Source: a bacterium (GTDB taxonomy: Bacteria; Patescibacteriota; Minisyncoccia; UBA6257; 02-FULL-45-10c). From it: 64,000 nucleotides of DNA. The position numbers were made by a program, and so were the translations under genes. The first letter of the stretch is position 1. Each line of letters begins with the position of its first letter. Of the stretch, positions 25,342-34,826 are shown piece after piece. Under the pieces are notes generated by a model that did no database searches, was not told the DNA's origin, and saw only the letters and a program-made list of their open reading frames with translations. The DNA lies in assembly GCA_030700025.1 (NCBI GenBank), contig JAUYKI010000017.1, positions 2,748 through 66,747 on the forward strand, in the 5' to 3' direction.

Positions 25342-26547
25342 TTAGATATTGTCCAGCGCTTGGGAGAGGTCGTTGATTAAATCTCGGGGATCTTCCCGGC
25401 CGATTGAGAGTCGCAGGGTAGACTGGGAAATTCCGGCTTTCTTCAGCTCCGCCGGGGTTAATTGTCCGTGAGTGGTAGTGGCCGGATGGATGACCAATGA
25501 CCGGGCCTCGCCAATGTTAGCGGCGTGCCAAAAGAGTTTTAATGATTCCAGGACTTTTCGGGCTTCCCGGATTCCGCCCCTAACTTCAAAAGCCATGAGT
25601 CCTCCAAATCCTTTAGGCATCATTTTTTTATTAAAACGCCGGCGATCGCCGTATTCCGGATAAAGAACCCTTTTAACTTTCCGATGGCGGGAAAGATATT
25701 TAGCCACTAAAGAAGCGTTGCGACAGTGTTCTTTCATTCGGCCGAAAAGCGATTCAATGTGGTAGCACAAAATAGCGGCATTATCCGGAGAAATGCACGG
25801 ACCAGTATCGCGGAACCAGCCGATTCGGATTTCATTAATAAGTTTCTTTCGTCCCAAAATGGCTCCCGCCACCACTTCGCCGTCCCCCATATATTTAGAT
25901 AGCGAATGGATTACAATATCCGCTCCCAGTTTTAGCGGCCGGAGCAGGGCCGGAGTAGAGAGGGTGTTGTCTACCACCAGCGGCAAATTATATTTATGCG
26001 CCAGGTTGGCAAGCATTTTAATATCAAATACGTCTAAGGTGGGATTGGACGGATTTTCTACGTAAAGAAATTTAGTTTTAGGGCCGATGGCTTTAGTCCA
26101 GGATTTTTCTTCCAGCGGTTTTTCCACGAAAGTAGTTTTAATTCCGAGCGCCGGCAGGCGATCACGGAATAAATGAAAAGTTCCGCCGTAGATGCGGTTG
26201 GAAGTTACGATGTGCCCGCCGTTGTTGGCGAGATGAAGGGCGATTAATTGGATTGCGGACATTCCGGAAGAAGTGGCTAATCCGGCCTCGGCATTTTCTA
26301 AAGATGCCAGCCGTTTTTCTAATTTATCAACTGTGGGATTATTGACGCGGGTATAAATAAATCCTTCTTCTTCGCCGGCAAATAATCGTTTAGCACGTTC
26401 AAAGGAACCCAGCGAAAATCCGATAACCCGGTGCAGGCCGGGACGCATTTCCGAATCGGTCAGCGATCCGCCCCCGTGGATTTCCAAGGTATTGGGATGC
26501 AGGGGCATTATTCTTTCCGGTTTGTTTGCTTTGGATTTTTTTGCCAT
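25342..26547 (-). CDS. PLP-dependent Cys/Met-metabolism enzyme (O-acetylhomoserine/O-acetylserine sulfhydrylase family).
   Basis: The family's N-terminal conserved region (IYTRVNNPT), the PLP-lysine context HSLSKYMGD and a length of 401 aa are seen. Confidence 0.8.
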   Translation of the reverse strand: MAKKSKANKPERIMPLHPNTLEIHGGGSLTDSEMRPGLHRVIGFSLGSFERAKRLFAGEEEGFIYTRVNNPTVDKLEKRLASLENAEAGLATSSGMSAIQLIALHLANNGGHIVTSNRIYGGTFHLFRDRLPALGIKTTFVEKPLEEKSWTKAIGPKTKFLYVENPSNPTLDVFDIKMLANLAHKYNLPLVVDNTLSTPALLRPLKLGADIVIHSLSKYMGDGEVVAGAILGRKKLINEIRIGWFRDTGPCISPDNAAILCYHIESLFGRMKEHCRNASLVAKYLSRHRKVKRVLYPEYGDRRRFNKKMMPKGFGGLMAFEVRGGIREARKVLESLKLFWHAANIGEARSLVIHPATTTHGQLTPAELKKAGISQSTLRLSIGREDPRDLINDLSQALDNI

Positions 26548-26656
26548 TTGTGGAAATTATAACATTATTTACTGGACTCTCACAAAGGCGCAATGTTGTA
26601 ATTTATTTAGAAAAATGTTACTATTTTGCTAGTTTATTGAAACCTCGGAGGGGAAC

Positions 26657-27073
26657 ATGAAGGAAGAAAATGACCTTTCCTACCTTCAGGCAGTAAAGGA
26701 AGACCTTAGCGATATTCCGATTATGGACTTCGGCAATCTGGCGCTTAGCGATGATTTAAAGATTAATACCCGGCAGACGATTTATACGGTTCGTTTTCTG
26801 GGCCCGCCTTCTCAAAAGAAACGCCTGGCCGGCATTCAAAGCACCGGCAAGCATCTTTTTGACGGTCGAGTTACATTGATTGGTTCGGAAGTAAAATCTT
26901 CTCCCGGCGGCGCGCTGACGGTTTTGGAAGGGGGATTGATGGTTGGATTTTCGGCTGTGTTCTTTGATATCGTTGAAGAAAGATTGTTGAAATTGCCGGT
27001 TACTCAGGAAGTTTGGCTGAACGGAAAAAGAATTTTGCCGGATTTCTCCAGAGTTCCCGCAAGGGAAAAATAA
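26657..27073 (+). CDS. Hypothetical protein.
   Basis: 138 aa with SD ggagggg. Confidence 0.5.
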   Translation: MKEENDLSYLQAVKEDLSDIPIMDFGNLALSDDLKINTRQTIYTVRFLGPPSQKKRLAGIQSTGKHLFDGRVTLIGSEVKSSPGGALTVLEGGLMVGFSAVFFDIVEERLLKLPVTQEVWLNGKRILPDFSRVPAREK

Positions 27074-27074
27074 A

Positions 27075-27146
27075 TCCCGCTTAGAAGCAGGCCGCCCCAA
27101 GGTGGCTGTAGCCACTCGCTAAAAGCGAGGGCGGCTTCTAACGGGA
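27075..27146. repeat. Degenerate copy of the 'cccgttagaagc ... gcttctaacggga' palindromic element with a GC-rich hairpin interior and no start codon.
   Basis: The arms tcccgcttagaagc and gcttctaacggga flank ggccgccccaaggtggctgtagccactcgctaaaagcgagggcggc. Confidence 0.5.
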
Positions 27147-27280
27147 TAAACAAACACTCCGCATAGCGGGGTGTTTTACTTTGGCTTGTCCTGCCTGCCC
27201 TGAGTCGTATCGAAGGGAGTTTGCTGGCAGTGAGCTTGTCGAATCTGCCGAAGGGGCTTGCGTTGAGCAAGGTCGAAGTG

Positions 27281-27351
27281 TGGACCTAAGGAGAATCGAA
27301 CTCCTACCTCTTCCATGCCATGGAAGCGTAATGCCACTTTACTATAGGCCC
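27281..27351 (-). tRNA. tRNA-Ala (anticodon GGC).
   Basis: A 71-nt cloverleaf with the G3:U70 identity pair, anticodon loop auGGCau and the T-loop ttcgatt. Confidence 0.75.
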
Positions 27352-27398
27352 AAAATTAACTATTAACTTATAACCGATAATTTATAACTTTTCAAACC

Positions 27399-27473
27399 TG
27401 GTGTCCCCGGACTGAATCGAACAGTCATCCACTCCTTAGGACGGAGTTGTTCTATCCATTGAACTACGGGGAC
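27399..27473 (-). tRNA. tRNA-Arg (anticodon CCT).
   Basis: 75 nt including an encoded CCA. The anticodon loop is guCCUaa and the T-loop is ttcgatt. Confidence 0.8.
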
Positions 27474-27762
27474 GTTTTTCTTTATCCACAAGGCTTACTT
27501 TACAATGTTTGGCGGTAATTTGCTATAATAGTTTCTAGTTGTGTCGCGTCCATAAAAGGGTTTTTGTTGTTTCTTAGAACCCGGTTGTGAGGACTGGATT
27601 TTGAGAAAGGCAGGTTTGTTTCAAAAAATAAGAATCGAGTGGCGGGTCGAATATTATTTATATAATTTAATTCACCGCGCCCAAGCATTCTTTTTCAAAA
27701 ACAAAACGGAAAGTCTTATGAGCCCTCCGCGGAGTCATAAGACTTGCCAGCCCTTTTATGGG

Positions 27763-28041
27763 CGTAGGGGTCTGTCATAAAATTACTGGCTTAATTTGGA
27801 GGCCTGGATTTGAGACAGGTACGAGACGCGACGACGACAACGTGTCTGAATGAAGGACACGTTGAGGAGGAGTAACGAAGTAGCTGGCCAAAGATAGGCC
27901 TCCCCGAAGGGCCAAAGCATTTTATGGGCTGCGACTGCGTCACTCGTCGTCAATGTAGCTAAAGCTACAATCTCCTCCTCGTTTCTTGTCTCGCTCCAAA
28001 AATGCTATGGTAAATAAGTCATTAATTTTATGACAGACCCC
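27763..28041. repeat. Family-1-related structured element, copy 2, with a different terminal inverted repeat (ggggtctgtcataaaatta / taattttatgacagacccc).
   Basis: It shares the core cgacgacga...gttgaggaggagtaacgaag...ccaaag...aatttt...tcgtcgtc...gtagctaaagctaca with copies 1 and 3. Confidence 0.65.
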
Positions 28042-28151
28042 AGTATGGTATAGTTTAAGTAAGCATTATAAACAAGAACCTATTGAAATGGGTTCGGGCA
28101 ATCGATTTGATAAGGTCGCGATTAGCTCAATTCTAATTTTTCAAAAAAACT

Positions 28152-28400
28152 ATGGCAAATTCTGCATTTATGAAGCCGTTGAAAGTTAGCTCGGACTTAG
28201 CCGCGGTAGTCGGCAATGGCCCAATGCCTCGGAGCGAAGTTGTAAAGAAGCTCTGGGTATACATCAAAAAGAACAACCTTCAAGATCCTACAAATAAGCG
28301 CAACATCAACGCCGACGCGAACTTGAAAAAAGTTTTTGGCGGAAAGTCAGTTGTGAACATGTTTGAAATGACCAAATTGGTTTCCAAGCATCTTTCTTAA
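28152..28400 (+). CDS. SWIB/MDM2-domain protein.
   Basis: 82 aa with a SWIB-like pattern (PMPRSEVVKKLWVYIKKNNLQDPTNKR...DANLKKVFG). Confidence 0.7.
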   Translation: MANSAFMKPLKVSSDLAAVVGNGPMPRSEVVKKLWVYIKKNNLQDPTNKRNINADANLKKVFGGKSVVNMFEMTKLVSKHLS

Positions 28401-28514
28401 TTGATTAAGAAATAAAAAATCCGGTCGCCTTAGGCGGCGGGATTTTTTATTTGGGGCATGATATAATGCAGTTAAAGCCCAAAGGTCTGACAATTAAATT
28501 AAGAATTTAATTTC

Positions 28515-28673
28515 ATGGAAGGATATTGTGTAAAGTGCAAAGCGAAAAGAGAAATGAAAGACGCCAAAGAGGTTGAAATGAAAGGAAAGGGCGGCAAGCC
28601 CAGGATGGCAATGACCGGCGTTTGCCCAGTTTGCGGCACTAAAATGTTTCGCATCATGGGCGCCAAGAAATAA
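28515..28673 (+). CDS. Small zinc-ribbon protein, 52 aa.
   Basis: It is not in the ORF track because it falls under 60 aa. CxxC ... CxxC in MEGYCVKCKAKREMKDAKEVEMKGKGGKPRMAMTGVCPVCGTKMFRIMGAKK. Confidence 0.5.
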   Translation: MEGYCVKCKAKREMKDAKEVEMKGKGGKPRMAMTGVCPVCGTKMFRIMGAKK

Positions 28674-28813
28674 TTTATCTTCTCCAGCTTGGTAAGATAT
28701 CTAACAAAAAATCTGGTCAAAAGCCGGATTTTTTGTTAGATTCTAGATTAGAGTAGGGCTAAATCTCACGAAGCGAGATCGCCCGAACATTTTATTGAAA
28801 TAAAATGTTTTAG

Positions 28814-28900
28814 GGAAGCGTGCCAGAGCGGTTGAATGGGCCGCACTCGAAATGCGGTATGCCCGAAAGGGCATCGAAGGTTCGAATCCTTCCGCTTCCG
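28814..28900 (+). tRNA. tRNA-Ser (anticodon CGA).
   Basis: 87 nt. It is near-identical to the tRNA-Ser(TGA) at 24823-24909 except for the anticodon and variable arm. Confidence 0.85.
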
Positions 28901-28957
28901 CAATTTTTAAATTGAGGTTGTTTTTATTTGTTAATCGTGGTATTTATATAGAGCTTT

Positions 28958-30130
28958 TTGAAAACTGATAAAAAGGCGGTTACGATGGAACCGAAAAAGG
29001 GCTTGCGTGATGTTCCGGCCGGACAGACCCGGCTTTGCTTGTTGGATGAAGCCAACAGCGAACTTTATTATTGCGGTTATTCTATCAGGGATTTAGTTGA
29101 GCATTATCCCTATGAAGCCGTGGCTTATTTGATGCTTCACGGCGAATTGCCTTCCGAGTCGGAATTAAAAATTTTCACCCGTCGCCTGGTGAATAACGCA
29201 TGGAATATGCCTCAAGTGGTAGTTAAGAGTTTGGAGTTAAAAACTCCATTCACTGATGCCCATCCGATGGATAAATTGTCACTGATAATCCGGGCTGACG
29301 GCAATACTCACGGCATTCCGTTTTCTACGCCATCGTTAGAGAATAATTTGGACTTAGCGAAATCTTTGATTGCCCGGTTGCCTTTAATGGTTGCTTTGCT
29401 GGGCGGCGCTAGCCGGAATTATTTTGACTATTTTGATCCAGACCGCACGCTGATGGAAAATTTTGTAGATTCTTTGCGGATCCCGAACGAAGGCGGTTTG
29501 GCAACGAAATTAATGAATGTCGCGTTTATTCTTTACGCGGAACATGAATTCAACGCCGGGTCTTTCGCGGTTCGGGTGGCAGCCAGCGCGCACACCGATA
29601 TTTATTCCGCGGTTTTGGGAGGATTAGGAACTTTGCGCGGTACTCGCCACGGCGGAGCCAATGAAGAAGTAATGAAGAAGATGCTGGAAATCGGAACACC
29701 GGAAAAAACGCGCGAATATTGCGACCGATTTTTGTCTCAGCCGGGAGCGCGCTTGCCGGGATTTGGCCACGCGGTTTATACCATCGGCGATCCGCGGGTA
29801 GCGGTTCTCCGCCCGCTGGTAAAAGATTTGTCGGTCCGAAAGAACGATATGCGCTGGTATGAAATTGCTGTCGCGCTGGAAGAATATATGGCGGAGCGTT
29901 CTCGGGGAAAGTCTAAGCCCTTGCCGGCTAACACTGACCTTTGGACGGCGCCGTTATATCACTTGCTGGGCATCCCGATTCGTCTTTTCACCCCGCTTTT
30001 CGCCGCCTCCCGGGTTTCCGGCTGGTGCGGACATTATTTGGAAGTGCGGCATGTTTACAACGAACCGATTCTTCGGCCGCGCGCCGAATATGTCGGATCC
30101 GCTCCTCGGAAAGTAATCCCTCACTCTTGA
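28958..30130 (+). CDS. Citrate synthase family protein (citrate/2-methylcitrate synthase-like).
   Basis: GFGHAVYTIGDPR and LMLHGELPS motifs are seen in a 390 aa protein. The last four codons and the stop codon come from a palindromic element. Confidence 0.75.
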   Translation: MKTDKKAVTMEPKKGLRDVPAGQTRLCLLDEANSELYYCGYSIRDLVEHYPYEAVAYLMLHGELPSESELKIFTRRLVNNAWNMPQVVVKSLELKTPFTDAHPMDKLSLIIRADGNTHGIPFSTPSLENNLDLAKSLIARLPLMVALLGGASRNYFDYFDPDRTLMENFVDSLRIPNEGGLATKLMNVAFILYAEHEFNAGSFAVRVAASAHTDIYSAVLGGLGTLRGTRHGGANEEVMKKMLEIGTPEKTREYCDRFLSQPGARLPGFGHAVYTIGDPRVAVLRPLVKDLSVRKNDMRWYEIAVALEEYMAERSRGKSKPLPANTDLWTAPLYHLLGIPIRLFTPLFAASRVSGWCGHYLEVRHVYNEPILRPRAEYVGSAPRKVIPHS

Positions 30131-30191
30131 AAGAATTAACCTCGCTTATAGCGAGGTTTTTTATAGCAACGTTATTTCAAAAGTGAGGGAT
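30116..30191. repeat. Palindromic element atccctcactcttgaa ... ttcaaaagtgagggat (76 nt). It overlaps the 3' end of the citrate-synthase-like gene and supplies IPHS and the stop codon.
   Basis: The inverted repeat has one mismatch and an inner hairpin cctcgcttatagcgagg. The same termini occur at 63107-63245 and 36742-36767. Confidence 0.7.
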
Positions 30192-30269
30192 TTATTTTGA
30201 AGTTGATTTTTATGGAATTTAGCATTAAACTATTCTCGTTCTTTAATAACGAGGTATGGAGGATGAAAC

Positions 30270-31586
30270 ATGTTGACTACTAAAAATCTGCTGAATCACT
30301 TAGTAAATTTTTCTCATGACCTCAAATACAAAGATCTGCCGCCGGAAGTTGTCCACGAAGCTAAGCGGCGCTTAATTGATTCTATGGCCTGCGCGATAGC
30401 TGGCTCGCATGATCCGGCCACGCTTTTACTTGCTAAAAACTCTTGCGAATCCATGGAAGAGAAAGCCTTCAGATTTACGCATTTAATCCGCGTACTGGAT
30501 TGGAACGATACCTATCTTTCCAAAGAGCCGGCTCATCCTTCTGATAATATCGGCGCCCTGCTCGCGCTTTGTAACTATGGCATTTCCGGAGAAGATTTTA
30601 TTACCGCCATGGTGCTGGCTTATGAAATCCAGTGCCGGTTCTGCGACGCGGCTTCGCTCCGTAAAAATGGCTGGGACCACGTTGCTTACGTTTCGTTAGC
30701 CACTGCGTTTGCCACGGCAAAAATCCTGAAACTCAACCGCGAAAAAATGACCCATGCCGCTTCGCTGGCTCTCCGCTGGATTCCGCTTCGCCAAGTGCGC
30801 GCCGGATCGGACCTTTCAATGTCAAAGGGGCTTTCGGCGGCAGAAGCGGTAAAATTCGGCGTTCATTCAGCTCAATTAGCTAATTGCGGAATTACCGGCC
30901 CAAGCGAAATGATGGAAGGACAATTTGGATTTATTAATCAAGCAACCGGCGAGCTGGATTTTTCCGCCTTTACTTCACTCGGTTCGGAATTCAAAATTCT
31001 GAAAACCCACATTAAACTTTATCCGGTGGAATACCATGCCCAAGCCGCAGTGGATGTGGCTCTGCAAATCCGAAAAACACTAAATGGACGAGTGGAGAAC
31101 ATTACTCGCCTTGACCTTGAATCCTATGAAGCATGCCGAGCCATTATTGCCGACAAAAACAAACGCCGGCCAGCCACTAAAGAATCTGCTGACCATTCCC
31201 TGTTTTATATCATGGCAGTTACTCTTTTAGACGGAGAAATGACCTTGAAGCAATACGCACCCGAAAGATACAATGATCCGGCAGTACTTCAGCTGATTGA
31301 TAAAATGAGCGACGTTCAAGAAACGCCAAAATTTAATGAAGCTTATCTCAATCGAGAAAAACCCGCTTTTCCGCTTCGTTGCAAAGTTATTGGCTACCCC
31401 ATTCCATATACGGTAGAGGTTGAATTTCCCAAGGGCCACTTTGCAAATCCTTTAACCGACGATGAATTAGTTGAAAAGTTTAAGGCCCTAACTAGCCAAG
31501 ATATAAATCCAGTTTCATTAAAATCGGGCCTGGAATATCTTTGGCACTTGGAAGACGAACCGCGCCTCGCTCCTGTAAAATTTTAA
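30270..31586 (+). CDS. MmgE/PrpD family protein (2-methylcitrate dehydratase-like).
   Basis: The N-terminal PrpD signature (LIDSMACAIAG) is seen in a 438 aa protein with SD ggagg. Confidence 0.8.
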   Translation: MLTTKNLLNHLVNFSHDLKYKDLPPEVVHEAKRRLIDSMACAIAGSHDPATLLLAKNSCESMEEKAFRFTHLIRVLDWNDTYLSKEPAHPSDNIGALLALCNYGISGEDFITAMVLAYEIQCRFCDAASLRKNGWDHVAYVSLATAFATAKILKLNREKMTHAASLALRWIPLRQVRAGSDLSMSKGLSAAEAVKFGVHSAQLANCGITGPSEMMEGQFGFINQATGELDFSAFTSLGSEFKILKTHIKLYPVEYHAQAAVDVALQIRKTLNGRVENITRLDLESYEACRAIIADKNKRRPATKESADHSLFYIMAVTLLDGEMTLKQYAPERYNDPAVLQLIDKMSDVQETPKFNEAYLNREKPAFPLRCKVIGYPIPYTVEVEFPKGHFANPLTDDELVEKFKALTSQDINPVSLKSGLEYLWHLEDEPRLAPVKF

Positions 31587-31677
31587 TCTCCACCTTAAGT
31601 GGAGATCTTTTTCTTTTGTTTAAAGAAAACCTCGTAATATAAAAAAGCCACGACCCCAAGGTCGTGGTATTTTAATT

Positions 31678-32871
31678 TTATTTATCTTTTTTCTTTTCGC
31701 GGACTAACGGCAGAGCCAGCCACATCAGAGCGGTCAGTATGGCGGATAAGATTACCAGATTTGGATAGCCGATTTGTTCATAAAGTTTTGCTCCGGCAAG
31801 AGAGCCCAGCCGGCCGGCAAAATTGTAAAGCGACATCAAGAGGGCAAATACTATAGCTTCGGCATACTTCGGGCAAGCTTTGGCGGCAATGGTCAGCGTC
31901 CCCAGGAATCCGGCAATCGTTATAATCGGGTTCAGCGCGGAAATGATGTAAGCGCTCGTGGCATCGCGGTAGAAATAGAACATCAGATTGCCGATTACTC
32001 CAGTGATAATAATAGAGCGAATTAAGATTTCGTAGCTGATTCGCTTGGAATATATTCCGTACAGGAAAGTGCCGATAACAAAGGCGATGCTCCCAACTGT
32101 TTCAATGTTGCCGATTAAAACATCGGAAAACTTCAAAACATCTTTTTGATAATAGTAGAAAGTTTCTCCCAAGTGCGGATTACATTGGAATAGGAACAAA
32201 AAGATGGCGGCGGCCCAAAGAGTTCTGGACTTTACCGCGTCTTTCAGCCCGCCCCAAGATTGGCGCGAAGCTTCGCCGACAGAATTAACCGGTTCTTCTT
32301 TCAAGAAAAAGAAAGTAAACACCGCCATTAAAAGCGGAGCCCCAGCGGTCAGCATGATGGCGTCTTGAAGCGACCAATATTCAGCGATTCTTCCTTTGGT
32401 AGCGGCTATGAGAATTCCGGCTACTCCGCCGGCTGCCCATTGGGCGGCTTGCAAGCGATCGGTAATTTTTAACGGCTGGCCTTTTTCCACCATGACGGCG
32501 TCGCAGAGAACATCAGTGAAAGCGATTCCGATAGCGGCAATGACTAGCATTATCAGAAGCGTAGATTGGGTGAGGGGCAGAAAATAGATCGTACTATAGG
32601 CCGCGGCGGCGAGCAGGCTCATTAAGATGAAGTAGCTCTTCCGCCTTAATTTAAAAATCGGCAGAAAGTCAGAAATAATTCCGTAAAGCGGTTTAATCGT
32701 CCAAGGCAGGATAAGCATAGACATAAAGGCGGCCATTTCCGTTGGCGTGAAGTTTAGAACTTCTTTTAAATACTTTTGCAGAGATTGAATATGAAAACCC
32801 GGATTGCCTCCGGCGCCCTGCAAAAAGTAATAACCCCACATCAGGAACACTAAGTAGCGGACGCTTGCCAT
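31678..32871 (-). CDS. MFS-type transporter.
   Basis: 397 aa with 12 predicted TM helices. Confidence 0.7.
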   Translation of the reverse strand: MASVRYLVFLMWGYYFLQGAGGNPGFHIQSLQKYLKEVLNFTPTEMAAFMSMLILPWTIKPLYGIISDFLPIFKLRRKSYFILMSLLAAAAYSTIYFLPLTQSTLLIMLVIAAIGIAFTDVLCDAVMVEKGQPLKITDRLQAAQWAAGGVAGILIAATKGRIAEYWSLQDAIMLTAGAPLLMAVFTFFFLKEEPVNSVGEASRQSWGGLKDAVKSRTLWAAAIFLFLFQCNPHLGETFYYYQKDVLKFSDVLIGNIETVGSIAFVIGTFLYGIYSKRISYEILIRSIIITGVIGNLMFYFYRDATSAYIISALNPIITIAGFLGTLTIAAKACPKYAEAIVFALLMSLYNFAGRLGSLAGAKLYEQIGYPNLVILSAILTALMWLALPLVREKKKDK

Positions 32872-33060
32872 GTTGCCTCCCTAAATCAAATTTGCTTAGC
32901 AAATTTGATCGGGCGTCCCGCTTTGCGGGATTAGCCTGATTTCAAACAGCTGAGGAGATTTTAGTCGGGACTTGCTTCAAAGTCAAATTATTCTTATAAT
33001 CATTAACGGCTCATTAAAAATATCAGCGTTCTTGATGGGGCGCTAAGGAGAAAATTTACG

Positions 33061-34599
33061 ATGGGACCGGAAGAAGCAGATCAGTTAGTTCAGAAATATT
33101 TTAAGCGAAAGGGATTGCCGTTAATGCCAGCAGTTACCTTTGATGATGTTTTAGTTCGGGAAGGAATTTCCAGCATTGCTAGCCGGAGCGACATTACTAA
33201 TTTAAAGGCTCAGCTGGCAAAAGATTTTTGGCTGAATATTCCGGTAGTGTCCGCTAATATGGACACGGTTACGGATTCGCGTATGGCAATTGCTTTGGCT
33301 CGGCTGGGCGGTATGGGTTTCATCCATCAGTTCGTTTCGCTGGAAGACCGGCTGGAAGAAGTCAGCAAGGTTAAGCGGGCGGACAATATGGTGATTGAAA
33401 ATCCGGCGACCATTCGTCCGGAAGCAACTTGGGCGGAAGCGCAAGCGGTAATGGCGGAACGGGAAATTTCCTGTTTGCTGGTTACTGACGCGCAAGGAAT
33501 TTTGGCCGGCATCTTAACGTCGCGCGATACTCAATTTTGTTCCGACCCCAACGCTTTAGTTGGAGATTTAATGACTCCGAAAACCAGAGACGGACACTTT
33601 GTTTTGCAAACTGCCCGTCCGGATATTTCCAATGAAGACGCGGAAAAAATGTTAAAGCGTTCCAAGGTAGAAAAACTTCCTTTAATAGATGATGAGGGCA
33701 AGGTGGTTGGATTGATTACGGCGAAAGATATTTTAAAGCGCCGGATGTTTCCCAACGCGGCCCGGGACGAAAAGGGCCAGCTGTTAGTTGGCGCTACTTT
33801 GCGGTTCAGCGGAAATTATTTGGAAGAAGCGAAAGCGTTGATCGACGCCGGAGCGGATGTATTGCTGTTAGATACGGCGCGAGCCAGTTCTTCATCAGAG
33901 GACGGAATTTTGGCGTCGCAGTATTTAACGCCCGGGAAAATTGTGGAATTAGCCGCGGAAAGAACCGCGAAAATTAAATACGTGTTTCCAAAAATAGTTT
34001 TAGTGGTTGGTAATACTGCCAATCCGGAAGCGGTGGCGCTTCTGGCAAGCCGTGGAGCGGATTGCGTTAAAATCGGAATTGGGCCGGGAGCGGGATGTAA
34101 GACTCAGGAAGTAGCCGGAATCGGTTCGCCTCAGCTTCACGCGATCGCGCAATGCGCGGCGGTGGCCAGAGAAATCGGAGTTTGTTTAATGGCTGACGGC
34201 GGAATTAGAAATGGCGGTTGCATGGTTAAAGCGCTAGTTGGCGGAGCAAATGTGGTGATGCTGGGAAGTTTGCTGGCGGGAACCGACAAATCTCCGGGCC
34301 TGCTGGTTTGGAATCGAAAGGAAAATAAACTGGTTAAGAAATACCGCGGTTCGGCATCCACTGAACATCAGCTGGATAGGATTAAAGTTGGGGATTTGCA
34401 CGCGGTTAGAACGTCAGAGGGCGAAGCCGGAGCGGTTCCTTACATGGGCACGACGGTTTCGCTGATTGATGATCTGCTTGGCGGATTGCGGTCGGGCATG
34501 AGTTATGTCGGCGCCCATAACCTAGAAGAGCTTTGGCAGTTCGGCAGATTTGTTTGGAGAACGCAGGCCGGAATTGAAGAAGGAAGACCCCGAATATAA
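33061..34599 (+). CDS. guaB: Inosine-5'-monophosphate dehydrogenase with a CBS pair.
   Basis: The IMPDH signature VKIGIGPGAGCKTQEVAGIG (catalytic Cys), a CBS pair insert and SD aaggag are seen. Confidence 0.85.
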   Translation: MGPEEADQLVQKYFKRKGLPLMPAVTFDDVLVREGISSIASRSDITNLKAQLAKDFWLNIPVVSANMDTVTDSRMAIALARLGGMGFIHQFVSLEDRLEEVSKVKRADNMVIENPATIRPEATWAEAQAVMAEREISCLLVTDAQGILAGILTSRDTQFCSDPNALVGDLMTPKTRDGHFVLQTARPDISNEDAEKMLKRSKVEKLPLIDDEGKVVGLITAKDILKRRMFPNAARDEKGQLLVGATLRFSGNYLEEAKALIDAGADVLLLDTARASSSSEDGILASQYLTPGKIVELAAERTAKIKYVFPKIVLVVGNTANPEAVALLASRGADCVKIGIGPGAGCKTQEVAGIGSPQLHAIAQCAAVAREIGVCLMADGGIRNGGCMVKALVGGANVVMLGSLLAGTDKSPGLLVWNRKENKLVKKYRGSASTEHQLDRIKVGDLHAVRTSEGEAGAVPYMGTTVSLIDDLLGGLRSGMSYVGAHNLEELWQFGRFVWRTQAGIEEGRPRI

Positions 34600-34711
34600 A
34601 TTTCTAATTACTAATTTCTAATTACTAATGACTAAGTTCAAAATTCAAATCCCGCAATTGCGGGATTTTTTATTTGAAAATACTTCAAAATTGATTTAAT
34701 ATATTTTCAAC

Positions 34712-34785
34712 GGGCCGTTAGCTTAGTGGCAGAGCACCCGGTTTGCATCCGGGAGATGCGAGTTCGATTCTCGCACGGTCCACCA
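34712..34785 (+). tRNA. tRNA-Ala (anticodon TGC).
   Basis: 74 nt with a G3:U70 pair, the anticodon loop uuUGCau and an encoded CCA. Confidence 0.85.
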
Positions 34786-34826
34786 AATAAAAATTCCCTC
34801 CGACGCAAGGTCGGAGGGAATTTTTA
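34786..34826. terminator. Bidirectional terminator between tRNA-Ala and the LOG gene.
   Basis: The hairpin ttccctccgacgcaaggtcggagggaa is flanked by A and T runs. Confidence 0.65.
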
